DNA from: an uncultured Methanosarcinales archaeon | GTDB lineage: Archaea; Nanobdellota; Nanobdellia; Woesearchaeales; GW2011-AR4 | Length of the DNA: 64,000 bases | Assembly: GCA_964585935.1 (NCBI GenBank) | Contig: CAZPFO010000004.1 | Coordinates: forward strand, 779 to 64,778 | Direction: 5' to 3' | Part shown: positions 36,675 to 47,400 of the stretch, piece by piece | Position numbering within the stretch: the first letter of the stretch is position 1 | How the letters are laid out: each line of letters opens with the position of its first letter | The notes under the pieces: generated by a model | The model's database searches: none | What the model was told of the DNA's origin: nothing | What the model saw: the letters and a program-made list of their open reading frames with translations, nothing else | Translations under genes and position numbers: made by a program

Positions 36675-36746
36675 ATATAGAAAATAATAAGAATAATCAA
36701 TAATAAAATTGATTAAAAATAATTGATAAAAAACTGAAAAATTAAA

Positions 36747-37670
36747 ATGAGATATAAAAAAAGTGTACTTTTTACAATAGCCGCTATTGTCCTGTCAGTA
36801 GTTATCATACTCTCATTCACAGTCTACACAAAATACAGGTTAAAGGAAAAGATGGATATAGTAGAAACAAGAATTGTAACAATGAATAACTTTGTTAAGG
36901 ATGTTGAACAGGATTTGCAAAAAGGAATTTACATAGTCTCTTTCAGGGCTTTTTTAGGCATAAACCAGTACATAACCTCAAACGGAACTTTCTTGAATAA
37001 TACAAAACAAGACTTCAACGAACTTTTCCTTAATGGGACAATAAACAATCAGGAGATCTCTGTGATGCGTAATTCCACATTCCCTGACTGGGTTAACAGA
37101 ATACAATCAGAAGCTGAGAAAATAGATATAATTACGAATTTCACAGTAAATGAGGCAACACCCATTCAGGAAGACCCATGGTATGTAACTGTAAGGGTAA
37201 ATATCGACTTCAAAATTGAAGATGAAAAGCAAACTTCCTCTTGGGAAATAAATAAACAATTAAAAATAAATATAAGCATAGATAGCCTGGAAGATCCGTT
37301 ATATGTGATAAACTCTTATGGCAGGCTGACAAATACTATCAGGGCATCGCCATTTCAGGATTTTGTAACCGGCAATGACCATGAAAATCTGCTAACCCAC
37401 CTAAACGAATCCTATTATATTGCCACAAATATGTCTCCTAACTTCCTGATGAGGCTTGAAGGTAATTTAACAAGTTCAGAAAGCGGTATTGAGAGCCTTG
37501 TCAATATCCAGGAATTCATTGACCAGGGGTTGTCAATAGAGGACCGGAGCGCAGTCGACTACATCTATTTCGGTGAGCAAACAACTACAAACTGCAGGAC
37601 CAATCAAACGCCTTCCTGGTTCAAATTGGATTCTGAACACCTGCCAATTTATGAGACGGGATGTGTATAA
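36747..37670 (+). CDS. pilus-associated N-terminally anchored protein (pilin-like)
   Basis: MRYKKSVLFTIAAIVLSVVIIL resembles the LFTI(D/A)AI N-terminus of the preceding gene. Sequon-rich ectodomain. Confidence 0.45.
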   Translation: MRYKKSVLFTIAAIVLSVVIILSFTVYTKYRLKEKMDIVETRIVTMNNFVKDVEQDLQKGIYIVSFRAFLGINQYITSNGTFLNNTKQDFNELFLNGTINNQEISVMRNSTFPDWVNRIQSEAEKIDIITNFTVNEATPIQEDPWYVTVRVNIDFKIEDEKQTSSWEINKQLKINISIDSLEDPLYVINSYGRLTNTIRASPFQDFVTGNDHENLLTHLNESYYIATNMSPNFLMRLEGNLTSSESGIESLVNIQEFIDQGLSIEDRSAVDYIYFGEQTTTNCRTNQTPSWFKLDSEHLPIYETGCV

Positions 37671-37711
37671 GCAAAAGGTTTTTAAATTAAAGCTTCTATT
37701 AATTTACTAAA

Positions 37712-38854
37712 ATGTTAGCAACAGCTCCAATCATAGAAACAGGGATTGATAAGCTAGTAAAGTTGGTTAAAGAAAAGGCTAAAATATCCATGGAAGACGC
37801 TGCAAAAGAGCTGGGTGTAAGCTTAACAGTGGTTGAAGAATGGGCAGATTTTCTTGAAGAAGAAGGAATTATAAGTATTGAATACAAATTTACAAAAGCT
37901 TTTCTGGTAGGGAGAAAACTGACAAAAAAAGATATTCAAAAAAAAGCAAAAGAATTTACAGGTAAGAAAGAAGTCTTCATAAGAAAAGCAGAGGGAATTC
38001 TGCATTTTTTGGAAAAAGAGGCTGCAAAATTAACAAATATGAAAGAAGATTCTACCGGAGTAAAAAGAGATTTTGGTGCGGAAATCAAAGATGTAAAGAA
38101 AAAGATGGAAAAGCTTGAAAAACGCCATCACTTAAAGATAAACCTTGACAAGAGGATACATCAGCAAAAAACATCCTCTCAGGGTAAAATGACCAGCATG
38201 ACCCAGCAAATCCTAAGGGAACAAAAAAAACATGCTGACATTCTAAATGAGATTAAAAAAGAATCAGAGGAATTAAAAAAAGAAGAGATGGCGATGTCAT
38301 CAATAAAAGAGAGCGAAGAATTGCTTAAAGAAAAGCTGGAATCATTAAAATCGATGACCTCAGTTATAGAAAAGAAAGTGAAAGATGAAGATCTGGCAAT
38401 TCAAAATTCACAATCCCATATTGAAAGGCTGAAAAACATGGCAGCTTCAATGGAAAAAAATCTTGAAAAGGGAAAGAGTATCATAACACCTTTGATAAAA
38501 AAAAGCCAGGAACACGAAGATGAGATAAAACAGCTGCAGGAGGATATACTTAAAAAAATTGCAGAAAAAGAAAAGAAATTTCAAGTTGCTGGTAAATCAT
38601 CTAAAAAAATAAAGAAGTTCCTTGATAGGAAAGTGGAGATTGGAAGTTTGATAGACAAACTGAATCAAGACAAAACTAGCCTGGAAAAAGAGCTGATAGA
38701 GTTAATCAAAAAAGCGAAATCATTTAATTTAGCGTCAAAATCAGGCGATATTGGAAAGCAGATGTTGGAGCTTGAAAAAAAATTTGGTGAAGTGGATAAA
38801 AAGAAAAGTGTTCTTGAAAAGCAATTCAGAAAATTAAGCAGCATATTTAAATAA
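37712..38854 (+). CDS. wHTH plus long coiled-coil protein
   Basis: N-terminal ISMEDAAKELGVSLTVVEEWADFLEEEGIISIEY is wHTH-like. It is followed by ~300 aa of K/E-rich heptad sequence. Located directly upstream of the pilus ATPase. Confidence 0.5.
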   Translation: MLATAPIIETGIDKLVKLVKEKAKISMEDAAKELGVSLTVVEEWADFLEEEGIISIEYKFTKAFLVGRKLTKKDIQKKAKEFTGKKEVFIRKAEGILHFLEKEAAKLTNMKEDSTGVKRDFGAEIKDVKKKMEKLEKRHHLKINLDKRIHQQKTSSQGKMTSMTQQILREQKKHADILNEIKKESEELKKEEMAMSSIKESEELLKEKLESLKSMTSVIEKKVKDEDLAIQNSQSHIERLKNMAASMEKNLEKGKSIITPLIKKSQEHEDEIKQLQEDILKKIAEKEKKFQVAGKSSKKIKKFLDRKVEIGSLIDKLNQDKTSLEKELIELIKKAKSFNLASKSGDIGKQMLELEKKFGEVDKKKSVLEKQFRKLSSIFK

Positions 38855-38883
38855 GTCATTTTTAAATAAAAAGGGGTGAGAAG

Positions 38884-40452
38884 TTGAAAAAGAGGTCTAG
38901 AAAAGTAATTCAGAAAATTAAGCAGCATAAAAAGAGGTCAGGAAAGAAATCTAAAGTTAAGGAGTTGGAAAAGCAAAAAACAGGGGTACTGGCAGCCTAT
39001 AATTTTATCTCAGATAAAATACCTATAAAGATAACCATCTCCCGAAAACCGGAAGAATTTGTGTCAGTTTATAGGGTTTCAATTTCAGGAATAAGCAGGC
39101 ATACAGAGATTGTCTTGGAAAATATAAGGAAAGAATTGATAACCCAGGTCAGCCTGGGAATGGTCGATATTCTAAATGTTAAGAATTCAAAGGCTATTGA
39201 AGATAAATTTATAGAAGCAATAGACATTTTGCTCAAGAAACATTTTCCAACTGCTGACGAAAAAACACTTAACTTCCTAAGGTCTTATCTCATTCAAAGA
39301 AGCTTAGGTATGGGGGCTATAGAAATACTTCTGGATGATGTGGATCTTGAGGAGATTGCCATAAATAGCGCAAGTGATAATGTATGGGTATACCATAAAA
39401 AGTACGGCTGGTTAAAGACAACAATACAAATGGCAAATGAAGAGCAAACAAAACACTATGCTGCAATGATAGGAAGAAGGGTTGGCAGACAGGTGAGTAT
39501 GCTGGAACCCTTAATGGATGCGCATTTAGGAACTGGAGACAGGGTTAACGCTACACTCCTCCCTATTTCAATTGGGGGCAACACAATCACACTCAGAAAG
39601 TTTGCTGCTAAACCATGGACAATAACAGACTTTATAAGGTCAGAAACAATATCTCCTGCTGCCGCAGCCTTAATCTGGCTCGGGGTTCAATACGAGCTTT
39701 CAACATTAATCGCTGGCGGAACAGCATCAGGCAAAACATCCATGCTTAATGTTGTGGCTAATTTTTTTCCGCCCAACCAGCGCATCATCAGCATAGAGGA
39801 TACAAGAGAGATAAGACTGCCTAAATTTCTTCACTGGGTGCCCCTAATAACCCGCCTTCCAAACCCTGAAGGAAAAGGGGAAATTTCAATGCTTGACTTG
39901 CTAGTGAACTCTCTAAGGATGAGGCCTGACAGGATAATAGTTGGAGAAATCAGGCGTAAAAGAGAAGCAGAAGTTTTATTTGAAGCAATCCATACTGGTC
40001 ATTCTGTTTACGCTACTGTACACGCAAATGATACAAAAGAGACAGTAACAAGGCTCATAAATCCTCCCATCGAGATTCCGCCAACAATGCTTCCCGCCAT
40101 ATCTATGATAATTGTCCAGTATAGAAACAGGCGTACAGGCTTAAGAAAAACATTTCAGATTTCCGAAATCCTGCCAAATTCAGAGCCAAATGTGCTTATG
40201 CAGCTTGACTTAAAAACAGGCAGGTTAAATAAGATAAACAAATCGAAATCATTAGTTGCCACGATAGGGATGTTCACAGGACTCTCTAAATCACAATTGA
40301 AAAAATCTTTGCAGGAAAAGGAAGCTGTGCTAAAATGGCTCGTCAAGCAGGATATAAGCACGGTGGATGGAGTCGGGAGAGTTATGGCAAAGTATTATAC
40401 AGACAAGGAAAACTTAATGAAATTCGTAAAAGCCAATAAACCGCTCAGGTGA
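38884..40452 (+). CDS. type II/IV secretion ATPase (archaeal PilB/FlaI-like)
   Basis: Walker A GGTASGKTS, SIEDTREI, VGEIRRKREA and HTGHSVYATVHAN boxes. Lys-rich N-terminal extension. TTG start in the track. Confidence 0.9.
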   Translation: MKKRSRKVIQKIKQHKKRSGKKSKVKELEKQKTGVLAAYNFISDKIPIKITISRKPEEFVSVYRVSISGISRHTEIVLENIRKELITQVSLGMVDILNVKNSKAIEDKFIEAIDILLKKHFPTADEKTLNFLRSYLIQRSLGMGAIEILLDDVDLEEIAINSASDNVWVYHKKYGWLKTTIQMANEEQTKHYAAMIGRRVGRQVSMLEPLMDAHLGTGDRVNATLLPISIGGNTITLRKFAAKPWTITDFIRSETISPAAAALIWLGVQYELSTLIAGGTASGKTSMLNVVANFFPPNQRIISIEDTREIRLPKFLHWVPLITRLPNPEGKGEISMLDLLVNSLRMRPDRIIVGEIRRKREAEVLFEAIHTGHSVYATVHANDTKETVTRLINPPIEIPPTMLPAISMIIVQYRNRRTGLRKTFQISEILPNSEPNVLMQLDLKTGRLNKINKSKSLVATIGMFTGLSKSQLKKSLQEKEAVLKWLVKQDISTVDGVGRVMAKYYTDKENLMKFVKANKPLR

Positions 40453-41273
40453 TTGTTATTATAAATGTTATCTTTGAAAGGATCGCCAGGTCATTGCCGG
40501 AATTGAAAACCAAGCTGGAAAAAGCAGCCATGAAGGACAAACCTGAAGAATTTGTCCAAAAAACATTTCTCACTGCATTCTATTTGGCAACCGGAATATC
40601 TGTGTTTCTTTTCCTTATTTTAGTAAAATACACTGCGCTAAAAGCAGTCTTATTTGTCTTCCCATTGATTTTGTTTGTTTTTCTGTTCTTCTATATGCTA
40701 AAGCTTCCGGATGTTAAAATATCTAAAAGAGAGAGGGAAGTAAGCAAGGAGATTGTTTTTGCCGGGCGTTACCTGATAATTGAACTTGAATCTGGAGTCC
40801 CCCTTTATAACGCCATGATAAATACTTCAAAAAATTATAAAACTATTGGCAAACATTTCAAGGATATCATAAATAAGGTAAATTTAGGCACTTCTCTGGA
40901 AGATGCATTGAATGAGGCAATAGAATCCACCCCGTCAGATGATCTACGGAGGATAATCTGGCAGATCCTTAATTCATCAAGAACAGGCTCAGATATTGCA
41001 CAATCATTAAATTCAGTCATAGAACAGATTGTAAGGGAGCAGGCAATTGAAGTCAGTAAATATGGGAAAAAACTGAATCCGCTGGCAATGTTTTATATGA
41101 TAATAGCAGTTATCATGCCTACACTTGGCATTACTATGCTGGTAGTTCTTTCTTCATTTATAAACTTTCAATTAGACTTGGTTATATTGATGGTTATATC
41201 ATTCTTTTTAGGCTTCGCTCAGTTCATGTTTCTTTCAATAATCAAGTTTTTAAGGCCATCAATAGAATTTTAA
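40449..41273 (+). CDS. T2SSF-domain membrane protein (PilC/FlaJ/TadB-like, first half)
   Basis: TM pair, then a soluble helical domain (LESGVPLYNAMINTSKNY...SLEDALNEA), then C-terminal TMs. This is the T2SSF layout. 4-nt overlap with the ATPase gene. Confidence 0.7.
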   Translation: MIVIINVIFERIARSLPELKTKLEKAAMKDKPEEFVQKTFLTAFYLATGISVFLFLILVKYTALKAVLFVFPLILFVFLFFYMLKLPDVKISKREREVSKEIVFAGRYLIIELESGVPLYNAMINTSKNYKTIGKHFKDIINKVNLGTSLEDALNEAIESTPSDDLRRIIWQILNSSRTGSDIAQSLNSVIEQIVREQAIEVSKYGKKLNPLAMFYMIIAVIMPTLGITMLVVLSSFINFQLDLVILMVISFFLGFAQFMFLSIIKFLRPSIEF

Positions 41274-41274
41274 A

Positions 41275-42360
41275 ATGTTTAACTTAAAAAAATTAAAGAA
41301 TAAAGAAGTAAAAACAGATCATTCCAAAAGAAGATCTAAAAAGAAGCTCTTTAAAATACTTGGTCTTCAAAAAAGAAAAGGCCGCCTAAAATCACACATT
41401 GAAAACGCAGGCCTTAAAATAAACCCTAAGAAATTATCCAAGCGGTTATTCGATATATGTGTTTTTATAAACCTGGCAGTCTCTTTCTATCTGATCTATT
41501 ATTTGTCGACCACCCTTGGCTACCCTTTAAATAAAACAATAACTTTGATGGCAGTTTTATGGACACTTGCCTTTATAACCTTGTTATTTGTCATCTGGAT
41601 TCTTTTTTATTTAAGCATGGATTTAAAAATTTTCAAAAGAAATCGCGATATAGAAGATGTATTGCCTGATTTTTTGCAATTGACAGCTTCAAACATAAAA
41701 GGAGGTATGACGATAGACAGAGCATTATGGTATGCAGTAAGGCCTCGCTTCGGTGTTTTGGCAAAAGAAGTGGAAATAGTGGCAAAAGAAACAATGAGCG
41801 GCAAAGACTTAAAAGATGCTCTGCAGGATTTTGTTGCGAAATACAATTCTCCGGTCTTAAAAAGATCTGTAAGTTTGCTTATAGAGGGGATAGAAGCCGG
41901 TGGAGAGATAGGAGACTTATTAATAAAGATCTCATCAAATATACAGGAAACAAAAATAATGAAGCAGGAAATGTCAGCAAATGTTACTGCTTATATCATC
42001 TTTATTTCGTTTGCAACTATTCTTGCAGCTCCGGTTTTATTTGCTCTTTCAGGCCTCTTAATACAGGTAATACAAAGTATTGGCTCAACAATCGGCAAAA
42101 CAGGTGCTGCTTCAGCTACCCATGGATTTGCATTGACCTTCAAGGGAAGCGGTATAAACTACAATGAATTCAGAATTTTTGCTATTGTAACATTAACTAT
42201 AACTTCGTCTATCTCTTCAGCCATAGTAGCTACAATAAAAAAAGGCGACGTAAAATCAGGTATCAGGTACATTCCAATGTTTGTGATTTCTTCTCTGGTT
42301 ATGTACCTCATAGCGCAATCAATTCTAAATAGCACTCTGGGGACATTTTTCAATATATAG
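41275..42360 (+). CDS. T2SSF-domain membrane protein (PilC/FlaJ/TadC-like, second half)
   Basis: LQLTASNIKGGMTIDRALWYA...SGKDLKDALQDF is T2SSF-like, flanked by TM helices. Starts 1 nt after the previous stop. Confidence 0.75.
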   Translation: MFNLKKLKNKEVKTDHSKRRSKKKLFKILGLQKRKGRLKSHIENAGLKINPKKLSKRLFDICVFINLAVSFYLIYYLSTTLGYPLNKTITLMAVLWTLAFITLLFVIWILFYLSMDLKIFKRNRDIEDVLPDFLQLTASNIKGGMTIDRALWYAVRPRFGVLAKEVEIVAKETMSGKDLKDALQDFVAKYNSPVLKRSVSLLIEGIEAGGEIGDLLIKISSNIQETKIMKQEMSANVTAYIIFISFATILAAPVLFALSGLLIQVIQSIGSTIGKTGAASATHGFALTFKGSGINYNEFRIFAIVTLTITSSISSAIVATIKKGDVKSGIRYIPMFVISSLVMYLIAQSILNSTLGTFFNI

Positions 42361-42447
42361 TATACTATCCTAACTAATATCTTTTTAATTTTTAGGAAAT
42401 TTTAAATAGTAGTTATATCAATTACACTTTAAAATAGGTGAGTATAG

Positions 42448-42867
42448 TTGACTAAAAAAGCACAGGCTGCAATGGAATTCTTGATGACTTATGGTTGGGC
42501 GATTCTGGTAGTTTTGATTGTTATAGGCGCTCTAACATATTTTGATATTTTCTCGATAAGCCTTCCAAACAAATGTACTCCTACATCAGGAATTGTATGC
42601 ATCGATCATGTAGTATCATCCTCAGACATTTCAGTGGTATTGAGAAACAGCCTAGGTTATGATATGAGCAGCGTTACTGTAGCTATAGAAGACTGCGGCA
42701 CTGACAGCACTCCAGCCAGTATAGCCAATGGTGAGCAGGAAACATATACAATTAGCTGCTCCCAAACCGGCAATACATTTAAAGGGGATCTGAATATAAC
42801 ATACACCTTATCTGACACAGGCCTTTCACATACAACAAGAGGCTCGATAATCTCAAAGATAGAATAA
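42448..42867 (+). CDS. archaeal type IV pilin (candidate major pilin 1)
   Basis: MTKKA/QAAMEFLMTYGWAILVVLIVIGAL class III signal peptide with Q+1/E+5. 139 aa. Confidence 0.8.
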   Translation: MTKKAQAAMEFLMTYGWAILVVLIVIGALTYFDIFSISLPNKCTPTSGIVCIDHVVSSSDISVVLRNSLGYDMSSVTVAIEDCGTDSTPASIANGEQETYTISCSQTGNTFKGDLNITYTLSDTGLSHTTRGSIISKIE

Positions 42868-42965
42868 AACTTGGATTAAAGGTTTATTTTAGTAAAGTTT
42901 AAATATTAGTTGTTCAATAGTAATGATAAATTATTTATTAAAATATAAAAATGAGGTGAACTTTT

Positions 42966-43439
42966 ATGAGAATGAAGAAAGCACAAGCTGCAATGGAATT
43001 CTTGATGACTTATGGTTGGGCGATTCTGGTAGTCCTTGCTGCTATTGGAGCACTGGCATACTTTGGAGTTTTTAATCTTGAAAAGTATACTCCAGAAAAA
43101 TGTCTCTTGGGAACAGGCATGAATTGTCAAAGTGCTAAGTTAGAATCCTCTCAAGTGCAGATGTTGATTACAAACAACTTAGGGAAAACAATAAAAATGT
43201 TGAGTATCAATATCACAGACATGGCAGATTTGACTAAATGTAATTTAAGCATGGAAACAACTGTGACCCATACAAAACAGTCAGCATATACACTTGGTGG
43301 TGGTGGTGCAGGTGGTACAGATTGTAGTATGGGCACCCAAGGAGACACATTCCAAGGTAAAATATTGATAAAATACAACGAAACAAGCAGTGGCTTCAGT
43401 AAGACCTTATACGGCGAAATAACCCAAAAAATAGAATAA
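42966..43439 (+). CDS. archaeal type IV pilin (candidate major pilin 2)
   Basis: MRMKKA/QAAMEFLMTYGWAILVVLAAIGAL. Its N-terminal coding DNA is 47/47 identical to the paralogue (42987-43033 versus 42466-42512). Confidence 0.8.
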   Translation: MRMKKAQAAMEFLMTYGWAILVVLAAIGALAYFGVFNLEKYTPEKCLLGTGMNCQSAKLESSQVQMLITNNLGKTIKMLSINITDMADLTKCNLSMETTVTHTKQSAYTLGGGGAGGTDCSMGTQGDTFQGKILIKYNETSSGFSKTLYGEITQKIE

Positions 43440-43489
43440 ATTAATTAATTTCTTTTTTTATTTTATTTATTTTTTATTTGACCTAATTC

Positions 43490-44347
43490 TCACCCTACAC
43501 TTAGAGAAGCATACCCTACAGCAGAGCTGTAATCCCCTACAACATCACCAGAAGTGTAATATTTCAGCAATTTCGCTTTCTTTCCATTTAATAGTCTACA
43601 TACCCCCATCATAACAGCTATTGGAAATTTACCGCAAATAGTGGCTCCTGTTCGTTCTGCATAACCAAGAAAATCAGAAGCAGTGAGGCTTTTTATTTGC
43701 TCTATAGCCCCCTTATCCAGAGCATATAAACTCTCCTTCACTCCAGTTTTAAAGGGAAAATAGCCGTAATTCACGCCATAATGTGTAAAATCTGAGGATG
43801 CTATAATGCATGCTTTTTTATTCTCTTCTTTAATAGTTTTTACAATGTTTTTTGCCAGCTCCCCATAAGGAATATCGGGGGAGGCTATAACAGGCATTAT
43901 TTTTATATTATTTCCGCTTATAAACTGTAGAAAGGGTAATTGAACCTCAATAGAATGTTCCTGAGCATGCGCCATCTCATTCTGTTTTAAGCCTGTATTC
44001 TTCATTAAAGCTCTGCCAAAATCTTTATCACACTCCACAACACCTAATGGAGTTTCCCAATCTTCCAATGATATGGAGGAATCACCCCCAGAATGGCTTA
44101 ACCCCAAAATGATAAATACATCTGGTAATTTGCTTTCTGCTATTTCTTTGTAAGAATAAGCTGCGCAAGCCCCAGAATAAGCATAGCCTGCATGCGGTGC
44201 TATAACGCCTAAAATAGCCTCTTCTCTGTTGCCTTCAGGAAGGCTACCTGGCCCAAATTCAGATAAAAAACACCCTCTTATCTGCTCCCTTAAGGCTTCC
44301 TTCTCTGCCTCATAAAACATCCCTGCAACTACTGGTTTTCTTGCCAT
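43490..44347 (-). CDS. MEMO1-family protein (AmmeMemoRadiSam system protein B)
   Basis: VAGMFYEAE...APHAGYAYSG...GLSHSGG...SSDFTHYG match Memo-like proteins. Confidence 0.85.
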   Translation of the reverse strand: MARKPVVAGMFYEAEKEALREQIRGCFLSEFGPGSLPEGNREEAILGVIAPHAGYAYSGACAAYSYKEIAESKLPDVFIILGLSHSGGDSSISLEDWETPLGVVECDKDFGRALMKNTGLKQNEMAHAQEHSIEVQLPFLQFISGNNIKIMPVIASPDIPYGELAKNIVKTIKEENKKACIIASSDFTHYGVNYGYFPFKTGVKESLYALDKGAIEQIKSLTASDFLGYAERTGATICGKFPIAVMMGVCRLLNGKKAKLLKYYTSGDVVGDYSSAVGYASLSVG

Positions 44348-44425
44348 AACACAAAAGAAGATTATTTTGTTTAAAAAGTTTGTTAAATAATATTATAAAA
44401 ATTTAAAAAAAGAAAAAAATTAATT

Positions 44426-47400
44426 TTATTCTTTCTTCTTCACAACCGTGAAGTAAGCTATCAGCCCAACCACTATTATCACTGCAAATACAATCCATGC
44501 AATTGGTAGCTTCCCTTCTTCTACAGGAGGCAACTCTGTTGGTGGAGCTTCTGGCGGAGCCTCTGGTGGAGCTTCTTCTGGTGCTTCTTCTGGCACCTCT
44601 TCAGGAGCTTCCACTCCTTTGCTTCCAATTGCAAAGTAGCTGAATCCAGGCGTTAGCGCTTCAAGATTTACGTAGGTTGCATCGCTGCTTATTACAGCTG
44701 TAGTTAACATACTCCACTGATTATCTTTGTATCTGAACAATGCAATATTATCTTGTGTTAGGCCATTTTCACTCAGCCATGCCTTTGTAACCCTAAACTT
44801 AATCTTTATACCGGTAACATCTTCATCTGTAATTCTCGCCTTGGTTATCTGCAGATACTGGTACACTTTATCTGCTGCTGCAGCTGAAACCGGATTAGAT
44901 TTTAAGCTTGCAACTTTCAGCTCTACATTGCTTAAATCATTGTTAACTTCGCCAATAGAAACTCCCGTAATACTTACTTCTGTTTTATCTATAGCCATTG
45001 CCAATGATGAACCTGCTGCAACGCTTGACCATATTTGTGATTTTGAGTCCTGTACATTGCTTGTGGTTGCTGCTCCACCTCCTGATGATCCTCCGCTGCT
45101 GCTGCTGCTATCAGCTGCTGCTGCTGCTGCACTTGTTTTGAAATAATAAGTTCCATTCTCAATACAATTTCCAGCTTTATCGCATGTCGTAACATTAAAC
45201 CAATAGCCAGTATTTGCTGTCAAAGAACTAAGTGAAACTGATTGGGTCTTTGAAAAGTCAGATTCTGAAGCGTTTGTAGTGCTTGCTAAGGTTGATGTCG
45301 TGCTATAATGCACAGTGGCATTTACTGATTCATTTGCTGTAACAGTAATGGTCCATGAAGTAGTTGCTGTAGTTCCATTGGCTACTGATGATAAATTATG
45401 GACTGTAGCGTCACTTACATTAAAGTTGAACTCAGTTTTATTCACATTACCATTACCATCCCACACACGGAAGGTCATATTATTATTTTCTACAGTGCCA
45501 TTAGCTACATCTATCTGAGGCCCATAACATATCTTATCAAGGCCATAAGTTATTGGACCAGTCATTGTTGTGTTAGTTATATTTGAATTTGCACCTATAT
45601 AACTGAAGTTACATAAAACAGCATCATTGCTCACAGTTATATTTGGCATAAAGCTTGACTCTGTTTGTGTTCCAAGGGTATTCACCGATATTGCTGGAGT
45701 TCTTGAATCATTAACCAAAGCAACTGCGCCGAAAGATGGCACATATACCCTCACTGTTGTATTAAGTGTATTATTCCAACAAGGGGTAGGTGTAGTATGT
45801 GTATATCCGCTGCTTCCACATTCACTAATATTTACCTTGGATGTTAAATCCGACTCATTGCTAAAGTACCATAACTCAGTAGTTCCTCCTAAAGGTTCAC
45901 TCGCAGAAGTGGTATTGGAAACATTAGTGGCATTCAAATTTAAATCTATATATCCATAATAAGAATTGGTGTCGGAAATAAATTGACCTATACCCTCTGT
46001 AGTTTCTGCGGTTTCTGCGCTGCCATTGAATGCTATTACCTCAATGACTTTAGCAGTTTGATTATTTTCTATTTGAGTTACTGTAGTTGAATCATTATGC
46101 CTTGCTGAAAAGTTTATTGCATCCCAATTTGCAGCAGAACCATTTAAGTTTATACCTATGCTCATATTTACTGCAGTAGTAGTATTCAACGCGAATAAGA
46201 GTTCCAATGTTTGACCAACACTCCTCGGATTTGGAGCTGTGCCATCGCTTATTAAAACACCACTTGAATTGAACACTGAAATATTTGAGTAGTTAATATG
46301 ATACATGTACAGTGATTGATTCACTGTTAGAAAATCAAATGGTCCGTCATAAGTGATTGTAATCTCGCTGCTGTTCCTTACATTTCCGAGAGAATCATTA
46401 ACCCTGACCTTCATTATGTGTGTTCCAGCAGTTAAGTTAATACTTCTGTTTATTGAGGATGTGTTCAATCCCTGTCCACTTGTTAAAAAGCTTCCATTCT
46501 TTATTGTATGGTTCAAGATGGTTAAATCATTATCAAGATAGTAACCGATTGAATCTACTCTGTTCATATCCTCATAGGCAGATACATTAAGTACGATTAT
46601 TCCTGTTGTACTTAGACCTGATGAGGGGGGGCTATGCACAACCATTACAGGTCCTAAATCATCAACTGCGAATTGGAATGTCCTCGAGATTGAATTGCCA
46701 GCATGATCATCAGCAGTAAGAGTCACTGTCTGGTTTGCTTCTTGGTTCTTACAGCCAGTAAAATTAAATGGAGTTATTGCAGTGGCATTTGTATAACTAT
46801 TTATGGAGGTATTGCAACTCGAAGTCCAAGTCATATTTTTCAAAGTGCTTAAACCTCCATCTAAGGTCACATTAAATGCTAGATAGTAGTCTGGAGTTAT
46901 GTTTGATTGATTGATTGTAGCTATTTCTACAAATCCATTTGAGATATTGATCATACCTAACAATATATCCATTCCTTCGCTTGTCTGCACTGTAAAGTTA
47001 TGCAGATACAATTCAGTATTGCCCCAGCTATCCACTGTAGTTAACCTTATACCATGGGTCCCATTGGTTAAATCACTACAAATTGCATTATCAGACGACC
47101 CCAATATAGTAATCGAACCGTTCCTGTTCAACGCTGTCGAACCTATCGATGAAAAATTCTTAAATAGATTACAGGTTACATCATCACCTGTCGGACTTGC
47201 ACTATCTACCTGGATAGCAATATGATTAAGAGGATTGCCTTCAGTAACATTCCAAATTATTGTAGGTGTTGTATCTGATGTATTAGAACCATTAACATCG
47301 CTTCCTCCTCCAAGACTTGAAATAGTCAAAGTCGGCTTTGTTGTATCATTGATTAGAATTGTAAAGTTCTTAACACTCATTGAGTCATTTGCATTTCCCA

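Noticed and set aside
41727-42167. 146-aa plus-strand alternative-frame ORF inside the second T2SSF gene
   Set aside because: It is an out-of-frame overlap with a gene that has clear T2SSF and TM features, and its Arg/Cys-rich composition is atypical for this proteome.
44426-44560. C-terminal anchor of the giant protein as a PGF-CTERM archaeosortase signal
   Set aside because: The tripeptide preceding the terminal TM helix is not PGF (the sequence is GKLPIAW-TM-KKKE). The only PGF lies ~45 aa upstream inside the pre-PGF-like domain. An archaeosortase signal therefore cannot be claimed.
44727-45146. Antisense ORFs inside the giant surface gene (44727..45146, 47235..47714 and similar)
   Set aside because: These are shadow frames of a long, compositionally biased gene. 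They have no start context or family resemblance and are fully embedded antisense.
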